Origin: a bacterium
GTDB lineage: Bacteria; Zhuqueibacterota; Zhuqueibacteria; Oceanimicrobiales; Oceanimicrobiaceae
Direction of reading: 5' to 3'
DNA: 11,276 nucleotides
NCBI GenBank assembly: GCA_046757165.1
Contig: JBHHXT010000157.1
Span: 1 to 11,276, forward strand
A program made the position numbers and the translations under genes. Below are positions 1 through 6,933 of the stretch, piece after piece; the first letter of the stretch is position 1, and each line of letters starts with the position of its first letter. Below the pieces are notes generated by a model, which saw only the letters and a program-made list of their open reading frames with translations, ran no database searches and had not been told where the DNA came from.

Positions 1-52
1 ACGGCGCGAAGCGCTAATGACTTTCTTCGCAGCGAAGTCTGCGAAAAAAATT

Positions 53-57
53 AGGAG
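53..57 (+). promoter_or_regulatory. Shine-Dalgarno site of trpS (AGGAG)
   Basis: AGGAG 6 nt upstream of ATG at 64. Confidence 0.8.
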
Positions 58-63
58 TCTTAG

Positions 64-1122
64 ATGGCCAGTTCTGGTGAAGCAAGCAAGAGGCGCAAAC
101 GAATTCTGACTGGCGACCGGCCGACGGGAAAGCTTCATCTCGGACACTACGTCGGCACGCTCGCCAATCGCGTCCGTATGCAGGACGAGTACGAAGTCTT
201 CCTTCTCGTCGCAGACTACCACATGCTGACGACCCGCAGTGGCAAGCAATACATCGATGAAGTGGCGGGTAACGCCAGAGAGCTCGTTCTGGATTATCTC
301 AGCGTCGGCATCGATCCGGAGAAGACAACCATTTATGTCCAGTCTCTCGTTCCCGAAGTGGCGGAGATTTTCTTGATCTTTTCAATGCTGGTAACGGTGC
401 CGAGACTGCAACGGGTGCCGACGTTGAAGGAGGTCATGGCCGACCAGCACATCGAAAACCCGTCGGCGGGGTTGCTCATCTATCCGGTTTTGCAAGCCGC
501 CGATATTCTGATCGTGCGCGCGGACCTGGTGCCGGTTGGCAAAGACCAGGAGTCACACATCGAAGTGTGCCGTGAAATCGCCAGGCGCTTCAACCAGCAA
601 TACGGCACGGTTTTTCCGGAGCCAGGTGCATTGATTGGCGACGTCGCAACCCTGGTGGGCACCGATGGCAAGGCGAAGATGAGCAAAAGTCTGAACAACA
701 CCATTTACCTTTCTGACGACCAGGAGACCGTCACCCGGAAGGTCATGAGCATGTACACAGACCCCACCCGGTTGCGGGCCACAGACCCGGGGCATGTGGA
801 GGGCAATCCCGTCTTCATTTATCACGATGCCTTCAATGACGACGAACCGGAAGTCGAGGAGCTCAAAGACCGCTACCGCAAAGGCCGGGTCGGGGACGTC
901 GAGGTAAAAAAACGCCTGATCGCGGCTCTGAACAGATTTCTGGAGCCGATGCGTGAGCGCCGGCAGCACTTCATGGCCAAACCTGACCTGATTGAAGAAA
1001 TTCTACACCATGGCACCGAAGTGGTCACACGGGAGGGACGTGAGACGGTGCGTTTAATGCGTGCAGCGATGGGGATGACGTATTTTATGAAGGCAGGCCG
1101 GGGCTCTTCGTCTCAGTCTTGA
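64..1122 (+). CDS. trpS: Tryptophan--tRNA ligase (class Ic aaRS)
   Basis: TGDRPTGKLHLGH (HIGH motif), YPVLQAADIL, VPVGKDQ and KMSKS motifs; 352 aa; good RBS. Confidence 0.98.
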   Translation: MASSGEASKRRKRILTGDRPTGKLHLGHYVGTLANRVRMQDEYEVFLLVADYHMLTTRSGKQYIDEVAGNARELVLDYLSVGIDPEKTTIYVQSLVPEVAEIFLIFSMLVTVPRLQRVPTLKEVMADQHIENPSAGLLIYPVLQAADILIVRADLVPVGKDQESHIEVCREIARRFNQQYGTVFPEPGALIGDVATLVGTDGKAKMSKSLNNTIYLSDDQETVTRKVMSMYTDPTRLRATDPGHVEGNPVFIYHDAFNDDEPEVEELKDRYRKGRVGDVEVKKRLIAALNRFLEPMRERRQHFMAKPDLIEEILHHGTEVVTREGRETVRLMRAAMGMTYFMKAGRGSSSQS

Positions 1123-1405
1123 GCCGGAGGAGCCGGAACCCAAAGATTTTTTCCTGAATTGAGCGTTTTTGGCCGGGGGGGTCGGTGTACAAGCTTCAGC
1201 TAGCTGGGGTGAGGGGGAACACGCGAAAAGCGCCTGTGTGAAACATGGTAATACAAGCCTCTGGCTTGTTAAGAAAGGTCTATCATTTAAGCTAAGTTCT
1301 TGGTTTCTTTGCAATCCATTCTCGCAAGCAAGATGCTTGCGTTACATTTTCACACAGGTTTAAGAGCGTGTCCCTCCTAATTCTGAATCCCTGACCCCGG
1401 GGCTG
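1117..1405. repeat. Intergenic host repeat, left copy (interrupted by MITE copy 1)
   Basis: 1117-1224 is an imperfect reverse complement of 3208-3364, with a perfect 21-nt core (1181-1201 vs 3274-3294). 1362-~1400 is an imperfect reverse complement of ~2965-3001 (shared TCAGG..TTCAGAATT.GGAG...ACGC). Right boundary approximate. Confidence 0.8.
1230..1361. mobile_element. MITE-like non-autonomous element, copy 1
   Basis: Terminal inverted repeats (CCTGTGTGAAA 1233-1243 / TTTCACACAGG 1348-1358; consensus GAGCCTGTGTGAAAA). No credible ORF. The core 1234-1358 differs from 3006-3131 by 5 substitutions and 1 indel. Confidence 0.8.
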
Positions 1406-1432
1406 TACGCAAGCCTCTGGCCTGAAACAGAC

Positions 1433-1867
1433 ATGGCTCCTATCGAAAAACGACGGCGGGAAACCGACCTGTCCGGTTTGTGCGCGCCTGAATTGAGCCC
1501 GCAAGATCGGGAAGATCTCGAGCGAGGCGTTGTACTTTTTAACAGGGGTCAGTATTGGGACTCGCATGAGGCCTGGGAGCGGGTCTGGCAACGTCATCCA
1601 GAGAACAGTCGCATTTTCTTCCAGGGGCTCATCCAGGTTGCGGCCGGGCTGCACCAACTTCAAAGAGGCATTTTGCATGGCTGCGACAAGCACTTCCGGA
1701 ATGCTTTGTGGAAGCTCAGGCCGTTCCAGCCCGATTGTCTGGGTCTCGATGTCGCCGGGCTGGTCAGAGCGGTTGAAAAGTTGCTCGAGCGGGCGCTCAG
1801 CCTTGGTGCAGACAATCTCGGTGAGATAGCCCCCACGCTTTTCCCTACCCTGAAGTCCAGGCAATAA
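1433..1867 (+). CDS. DUF309 domain-containing protein
   Basis: GVVLFNRGQYWDSHEAWERVW and FFQGLIQVAAGLHQ match the DUF309 signature; no clear RBS, so the start is uncertain. Confidence 0.9.
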   Translation: MAPIEKRRRETDLSGLCAPELSPQDREDLERGVVLFNRGQYWDSHEAWERVWQRHPENSRIFFQGLIQVAAGLHQLQRGILHGCDKHFRNALWKLRPFQPDCLGLDVAGLVRAVEKLLERALSLGADNLGEIAPTLFPTLKSRQ

Positions 1868-1899
1868 GGCTTTGTTCCTTAAACGAGGGAGACGGAACC

Positions 1900-2943
1900 A
1901 TGAATCCTCAAAGGATACGCCTTGGGTTTGTCCTCTTTTGCGTGCTTTGCGTGGGATGTTCTCGCAAGATCACGCTGTCCGGGATGCAAACTGGCTACTC
2001 GCTCCTCTCTGAGGAAATCAAAAAGGAGATCCTGAAGGTCGAGGAATCGGTGGTTGGCGTCAATGCCCGGATACTGCTCGAGATTCATACCTATGAATAC
2101 GTAACCCGCAATGGCCGGCCGGTCTCAGACCCTACCAGTCCACTGGGCTATAAGCTGTTGTCGAGCAATGGCAGCGATGGCGTCATCATTGCGGATGATG
2201 AAAAGATGCTCTCGGGTGGCGGTTTGATTATCGACCGGGGATTTCAAGCAGAAGACTATGCCATTTTGACCAGTAGTCATCTGGTCGCCCCAAAAGATAC
2301 GACAGACATCTATTATGTCGATAAAGATGGCGTTCAAACAGACGTCTTATTTCAGAGGCACATTGTCAAGAACGTCGTTCTCTCTGTGCGGGGCAGTGGA
2401 AATTGGCACGTGACTGCGCAACTGGTCGCAAATGACCCGATCGACGACCTGGCCGTCATTCTTGCCGAGACCAAAAGACGGCTGGGAGCGGAGTATCCGA
2501 ATCGACTGGCGTATGATAGAAAGATGAGCTGGGGAGATTGGGTTTTCATTTTCGGGTATCCCAGAGAGATCAAGCAGATGACCGGGGGCTGGGTGAGCAA
2601 ATCTCCGTATCGGGGCACCTTCGCGGTGGATGCGGTGGTGCGTTTTGGTTTTTCCGGCGGACCTGTGTTCGCCATTTCAAAGGAGCAGTCCCAACTGGTT
2701 TTTGTCGGAGTCATCAAGAGCGTCCCGAGTGGCAAGATGGATTACATCGCGCCGGACGTGACCCTGCCAGTTGGGTACAGGTTACGTCGAGATGATGTGG
2801 ATAAACTCATGGTGCAGAGACAGATCGTGGTCAGCTACGGCTCAGCCTATTGCGTGAGCCCGAAGAGAATCGAGAGGTTTCTCAAAAGGACGCGCATGAC
2901 GCTGGAGCGCCTGGGCATCGTGTTGGCCCCCAGGTACTTTTGA
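1900..2943 (+). CDS. Trypsin-like (S1) serine protease, probable lipoprotein
   Basis: Catalytic triad motifs LTSSH, DDLAVI and GFSGGPV; N-terminal hydrophobic stretch ending CVGC (lipobox-like); RBS GAGGGAG upstream. Confidence 0.85.
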   Translation: MNPQRIRLGFVLFCVLCVGCSRKITLSGMQTGYSLLSEEIKKEILKVEESVVGVNARILLEIHTYEYVTRNGRPVSDPTSPLGYKLLSSNGSDGVIIADDEKMLSGGGLIIDRGFQAEDYAILTSSHLVAPKDTTDIYYVDKDGVQTDVLFQRHIVKNVVLSVRGSGNWHVTAQLVANDPIDDLAVILAETKRRLGAEYPNRLAYDRKMSWGDWVFIFGYPREIKQMTGGWVSKSPYRGTFAVDAVVRFGFSGGPVFAISKEQSQLVFVGVIKSVPSGKMDYIAPDVTLPVGYRLRRDDVDKLMVQRQIVVSYGSAYCVSPKRIERFLKRTRMTLERLGIVLAPRYF

Positions 2944-2964
2944 GCGTGGTTCGCGCAGCGAGCC

Positions 2965-3364
2965 GGCTTCAGGTGTTCAGAATTGGAGTGTTTACGCTTT
3001 AGATGCTGTGTGAAAACATGGTAAAACAAGCCTCTGGCTTGTTAAAAAAGATCTATGATTTAAGCTAAGTTCTTGTTTTCTTTGCAATCCATTCTCGCAA
3101 GCAAGATGCTTGCGTTACATTTTCACACAGGCTCTTTAGCGTGTTTTCCACGCCGCCGAGACAGCACAGCTTCAAAAGGAAGAAATCGAACTTGTGTTCA
3201 CGCTTTGGCGTGTTTTCCCCGCCCGCCCCAGCAAGCCCCGATTCCTTAATTCTATAGGTGATGAGTCGGGGCAAGCTGAAGCTTGTACACCGACTCCCCC
3301 CGGTCAGGAACCGCTCAGTCTTAGGAAAGGACCTTTTGGGTTGCGGCTCGCGCCCGGCTCAGGA
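2965..3364. repeat. Intergenic host repeat, right copies (inverted relative to 1117-1405): one hairpin unit filled by MITE copy 2, one empty
   Basis: GTGTTTACGC-TTTA-[MITE]-TTTA-GCGTGTTTTCCACGCC and GTGTTCACGC-TTTG-GCGTGTTTTCCCCGCC (3194-3223) are tandem versions of one unit; 3208-3364 aligns to the reverse complement of 1117-1224. Confidence 0.8.
3002..3134. mobile_element. MITE-like non-autonomous element, copy 2, with 4-bp TTTA flanking duplication
   Basis: Ends GATGCTGTGTGAAAA (3002-3016) and TTTTCACACAGGCTC (3120-3134); TTTA at both 2998-3001 and 3135-3138; near-identical direct repeat of 1230-1361. Confidence 0.85.
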
Positions 3365-3375
3365 TACGGTGCGGC

Positions 3376-3698
3376 TCACATCAATTGCAGGCAAGGATCA
3401 TTCAAGATTTCAGGGAATTGCGGTCCGAGGTAGGGCACCTCTTCTAATTGGTGGTGTTGCCGCACAAGGTGGTAGGCACATGAGGTCAGGTAGTCCGCTT
3501 CCTCCACCACCGGTTTCCATCGACTTGCAGGATTTCGTTGAGCACCTCTGTTTTGGGCGGCATGCCAAAATCCCAGGCGGCGCAGACTCTTACCAGGAAA
3601 TCGACCTTATCCGGCAGCGAGTTCAGCGCCTGCGGAACAGGTTTGTCCGGGTACAAACTGCCGTCAATCCAGTCATTTGTCGGGTTTACAGAACTCAT
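3376..3698 (-). pseudogene. Frameshifted ~107-aa hypothetical protein, partner of the upstream nucleotidyltransferase
   Basis: ATG at 3698 gives MSSVNPTNDWIDGSLYPD...RVCAAWDFG...EILQV. Restoring one base at ~3520 continues the frame as WKPVVEEADYLTSCAYHLVRQHHQLEEVPYLGPQFPEILNDPCLQLM to TGA at 3378-3376. The start overlaps the upstream ORF by 26 nt. Confidence 0.7.
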
Positions 3699-3939
3699 GT
3701 TTGAACCAATTTCTGACCTCTCGAGCTCGCTTTTGGGTCGCGTTGTCTCGAATCGATTCGGTACAATTCGTCGACCACCAGGCGTCGACATCTTTTGTGG
3801 TGCGGTATTCACAAAAGTGCGCGAGCCCAAAGGCGCCTCCTATCGAAATGTGCTCGCCGAGACCCGACTCTCGCACTGCCCGCAAGCACGCTAATGCCAC
3901 ACGACTACTCTGTTCTGGAATTGACGGTTTCACACTCAA
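3673..3939 (-). pseudogene. AbiEii-like nucleotidyltransferase, internally deleted (88 aa)
   Basis: ISIGGAFGLAHFCEYRTTKDVDAWW is the GG...R-T-x-D-x-D motif of AbiEii/DUF1814-type NTases; the ORF is too short for a full fold and runs directly into a C-terminal-like helix (RAREVRNWFKHEF). Confidence 0.7.
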
Positions 3940-3959
3940 CTTACCGATTAATTCTGCTT

Positions 3960-3987
3960 AAAATAGACTCTAATTTGAAGTTAACAA
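3960..3987 (-). promoter_or_regulatory. Possible sigma70-type promoter of the NTase module
   Basis: TTGTTA-16 nt-TATTTT in an AT-rich stretch ~20 nt upstream of the TTG at 3939. Confidence 0.3.
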
Positions 3988-4006
3988 CCCCAAAGACAAG
4001 AATCAA

Positions 4007-4034
4007 GGGGACATCGAAAAAAGTGGATGTCCCC
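4007..4034. repeat. Palindrome GGGGACATC-N10-GATGTCCCC
   Basis: Perfect 9-bp stem, 4007-4015 / 4026-4034. Confidence 0.6.
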
Positions 4035-4085
4035 CAGCTTTTGGGAAGCCTGATGCAACATCCCGCCTTTGCGGGACAACCGTGT

Positions 4086-4211
4086 TTCGGGGCAGGGCTT
4101 GTGCCTGCCCGGCGTCGGGCACCCACAAGGGGTGCCCCTACTTTGACAAAGAATCGGTTAACAGCGGTAAGCGGTAACATTGTAATGTAGGGGTAGGCCT
4201 TGTGCCTGCCC
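4086..4211. repeat. Cluster of three REP-type elements (GTAG foot plus hairpin), BIME/REPIN-like
   Basis: TTCGGGGCAGGGCTTGTGCCTGCCCG (4086-4111, +, degenerate foot); GTAGGGGCACCCCTTGTGGGTGCCCG (4141-4116, -); GTAGGGGTAGGCCTTGTGCCTGCCC (4187-4211, +). Confidence 0.85.
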
Positions 4212-4250
4212 AGCGTAGATCACTATCCTTCCCTTCGTGGTGAACCGAAC

Positions 4251-5615
4251 TCAACCCGGCAGCGAAATGCCCTTCAGCTTCCTGTAGGTATCGATGGCAA
4301 AAGTATCGGTCATGCCGGCAACGAACTCCGTGATGTTGATGATGCTGAGATATTTGTCTGCAAACGGTGTTCGGTTTTTGTCCAGATATTTGTCCGGAAT
4401 GAGATGAGCCACGAGCTGGGAGTGTTTTGACCCCGGTTTGAAGACAGCGTTCAAGAACACGTCCAGCAGGCCAGCGAGTACTTCAAAGCCGGCGGTTTCG
4501 ATTTCAACGACGGGGCGCGAGCGATAGATTTTGTCGAACGAAAGCGCCACGATTTCACGCAGTGTTTTGTGGGCTGGGAGCAAACCGGTCAGGTTGGAAT
4601 CGAACTTGCCACTCAGGAGATCAGGAAGATTCTCTGTGAACAAGTCGGCAGATTGCCAGATCAGCCGGTTGATGGCGTTTGCCCGCAGGTAGCCGATTTT
4701 TTCTCGCCGGTCAAAGATCTTTTGATGTCGGGCTTCAATCTTGTGAAAGTCCTCGATCAGCTCGATCAAGAGGGCTTCAGCAACGGCGAACGGTACCAGG
4801 TCCAGCTTGAAGCCGTCTTCAAAATCGATGATCGTGTAGCAGAGGTCGTCGGCGGCTTCGACGAGAAAAGCGAGCGGGTGACGGTGCCACATGCCTTCCG
4901 AAGTTTCCTTTGGCAGCAAATGCAGTTCCCGGGCGATGTTTTCGAAGGTCTGTTTTTCTGCCTGGAAGAATCCGAATTTTTTTTCGCTCGCGGCCGGAGC
5001 GTCTTTGAGCTGCGGAAGCGATTCCTTCGGGTACTTCGTGAATGCGCCAAGTGTAGCGTAGGTCAGGCCCAGTCCGGTGTTGAGCGCTGAGTGTGTCGGC
5101 GATGTGTGCGTCAGCAGTCTGAATCCTGCCGCGTTGCCTTCGAACCGCTGCAGGTCGGCAATCTGCTTCAGCGTCAGGTCGCGCAGAAACGGCGCGGCTT
5201 TGTCGCTCATGAAGTACTCCGAGATGGCGTCCTCGCCGGAGTGGCCAAAAGGCGGATTGCCGATGTCATGCGCCAGGCAGGCCGCTGCGACCACCGACTC
5301 GAAATCGGAGGCGGTCACCCCGATGTCGCGAAACAGGTCGGGTTGGCTGGCGATGACCCGATTGCCGACAATTCGGCCAAGCGACCGGCCGACGCAGGAG
5401 GCCTCCAGACTATGGGTCAGGCGGGTGTGGACGAAATCGTTCTCGGGCAACGGCACCACCTGGGTCTTGCTCTGCAGTCGGCGAAAAGCGGAGGAAAAGA
5501 GCACGCGGTCAAAGTCGCGCTGAAAATCGCTGCGGCCCTCGGCTTTCAGCGCGCGCCGCATGGGCGGGGCCGTCTGCCCCAGACGGTGGTGGGAAAATAA
5601 CTTCGCCCAGTCCAT
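4251..5615 (-). CDS. dgt: Deoxyguanosinetriphosphate triphosphohydrolase (HD superfamily dGTPase)
   Basis: RSDFQRDFDR, FRRLQSKTQV, HTRLTHSLE, AHDIGNPPFGHSGE, FEGNA, EAADDLCY and AGMTD motifs; 454 aa. Confidence 0.96.
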   Translation of the reverse strand: MDWAKLFSHHRLGQTAPPMRRALKAEGRSDFQRDFDRVLFSSAFRRLQSKTQVVPLPENDFVHTRLTHSLEASCVGRSLGRIVGNRVIASQPDLFRDIGVTASDFESVVAAACLAHDIGNPPFGHSGEDAISEYFMSDKAAPFLRDLTLKQIADLQRFEGNAAGFRLLTHTSPTHSALNTGLGLTYATLGAFTKYPKESLPQLKDAPAASEKKFGFFQAEKQTFENIARELHLLPKETSEGMWHRHPLAFLVEAADDLCYTIIDFEDGFKLDLVPFAVAEALLIELIEDFHKIEARHQKIFDRREKIGYLRANAINRLIWQSADLFTENLPDLLSGKFDSNLTGLLPAHKTLREIVALSFDKIYRSRPVVEIETAGFEVLAGLLDVFLNAVFKPGSKHSQLVAHLIPDKYLDKNRTPFADKYLSIINITEFVAGMTDTFAIDTYRKLKGISLPG

Positions 5616-5619
5616 CAGA

Positions 5620-6465
5620 TCAGTCAGAGGGTTCCGGTGAACAATTGGTGACGATCAGCTCTGTCAGCTTGCCGCGCTTGCGGGGATTGCTGTTGATGGC
5701 GCGCTTGGCCTGGACTTCATGAATGCTGAAGCCATTGTGCCGGTAAAGCTCGCGAATGAGCTCGGCAGAGGAATTCGAGAGCATAAACTGAACCTGGCGA
5801 TGGGTGAGCTCCTGGCAGACCTGTAGCAGCTTCTTTTGGGATTCTTTCGTAAAGCCAGTCGCCTGGTAGGAGGTGAAGTTCGAGGTCCTGGAAATCGGCT
5901 CGTAAGGGGGGTCGAAATAGACCAGGTCGCCCTTTTGGGCCTTCTGGACCACATTCTCGAAAGAGGTGCACTGGATTTCGACCTTTTGCAGCGCTTTGGA
6001 GACGGCGCGCAAGTTCCTGGCATCACAGATGGTTGGCGACTTGTAGCTGCCAAACGGTACGTTGAATTTTCCCTGACGGTTGACCCGGTACAGGCCGTTG
6101 TAACAGGTTCTGTTGAGGTAGATCAGGCGAGCAGCGCGTTCAGCCAGGTTCAGCTCAGCCGGATCTTGCGCACGAATGTCATAAAAAAAGGTCTTGTCAT
6201 GCGGATAGCCCGCCAGGATCTCGATGACCGCGCTCACCTCGTCGCGGATGGCCACATAGGCGTCGATCAGGTCCTGGTTCAGGTCAGCCAGATAGGCGCG
6301 CTTGATCCGCTTCTCACGGTAGAGGGCAAAAAAGAAGGCGCCCCCGCCGACGAACGGTTCCAGATAGGTGTTGAAAGCCGGCGTTCGCTTCAAAAGCTCA
6401 GCGGTGAGCTGAGCTTTGCCTCCTGCCCATTTCACAAACGGACGGGGTCTGACCCGTTCTGCCAT
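5620..6465 (-). CDS. dam: Dam/DpnM-type (D12 class) N6-adenine DNA methyltransferase, predicted GATC
   Basis: KWAGGK, EPFVGGG (motif I), [18 protein letters not shown] (target-recognition hairpin), DPPY (motif IV). Confidence 0.95.
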   Translation of the reverse strand: MAERVRPRPFVKWAGGKAQLTAELLKRTPAFNTYLEPFVGGGAFFFALYREKRIKRAYLADLNQDLIDAYVAIRDEVSAVIEILAGYPHDKTFFYDIRAQDPAELNLAERAARLIYLNRTCYNGLYRVNRQGKFNVPFGSYKSPTICDARNLRAVSKALQKVEIQCTSFENVVQKAQKGDLVYFDPPYEPISRTSNFTSYQATGFTKESQKKLLQVCQELTHRQVQFMLSNSSAELIRELYRHNGFSIHEVQAKRAINSNPRKRGKLTELIVTNCSPEPSD

Positions 6466-6484
6466 TTAGAGCCTTTTAGTTGAG

Positions 6485-6874
6485 TTAGAGCACAAAATAG
6501 AGTTTGAGCCAATCATGCAGATCCTCAAACCACACAGCCTTGCCCGTGGCCAGAAGAAAGCCCTTCATATTGTCCGAGAACCCCGGCCCATCGATGACCA
6601 CGATGCCGGGAATGGGCCAGTACTCGATATCTTTGATGGTCGCCGGAATTTTCTCCTCGGCTGAACCGCTGGTGCCCTGGTATTTGCATTCGATGCCGAG
6701 CACTTTGCGCGTCAACTCCTGCGTCAAAACGACATCGATTCTGCGTTTTGCCCCCCAAAGGCGGCGAGCAGCCTTCACTTCGGTTTCGGCCCTCAATCCA
6801 AGGGTATCTGCGAGCTCGACGACTCTTTGTTTCAGCTCTTCGCCTTTGCGCGGCGCGGTTGATGTGCCAGGCAT
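6485..6874 (-). CDS. Small PD-(D/E)XK superfamily nuclease
   Basis: RIDVVL...GIECKYQ..SGSAEEK fits the D...ExK restriction-endonuclease-like core; 19 nt upstream of the methyltransferase. Confidence 0.8.
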   Translation of the reverse strand: MPGTSTAPRKGEELKQRVVELADTLGLRAETEVKAARRLWGAKRRIDVVLTQELTRKVLGIECKYQGTSGSAEEKIPATIKDIEYWPIPGIVVIDGPGFSDNMKGFLLATGKAVWFEDLHDWLKLYFVL

Positions 6875-6933
6875 CGATGATGCGTTCTTCCGGGGTCACT
6901 CCGGCGGTTGGTTCAGGGGCAATCTCTGGCCCC

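Noticed and set aside
19..50. Hairpin upstream of trpS (TTCGCAG/CTGCGAA) as a T-box or attenuator
   Set aside because: No T-box consensus (UGGNACC) and no U-tract after the stem; the leader is cut by the window edge.
1054..1363. Short ORFs over the repeats (1054-1314, 1169-1363; also 3065-3274, 3194-3433, 3941-4180)
   Set aside because: They are translations of MITE/REP DNA; shared peptides such as LCENVTQASCLREWIAKK simply reflect the repeat.
1153..1498. 12-nt match CCTGAATTGAGC at 1153-1164 and 1487-1498
   Set aside because: A few 12-mer matches are expected by chance in 11 kb, and this one does not extend.
1230..3134. CRISPR array or attL/attR of an integrated element
   Set aside because: Only two long copies, no spacer periodicity, no cas or integrase gene; each copy has its own TIRs.
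3486..3830. 114-aa ORF as annotated in the track
   Set aside because: Its first 44 codons overlap the NTase in another frame and its end is a frameshift product; the better model is ATG 3698 to TGA 3376.
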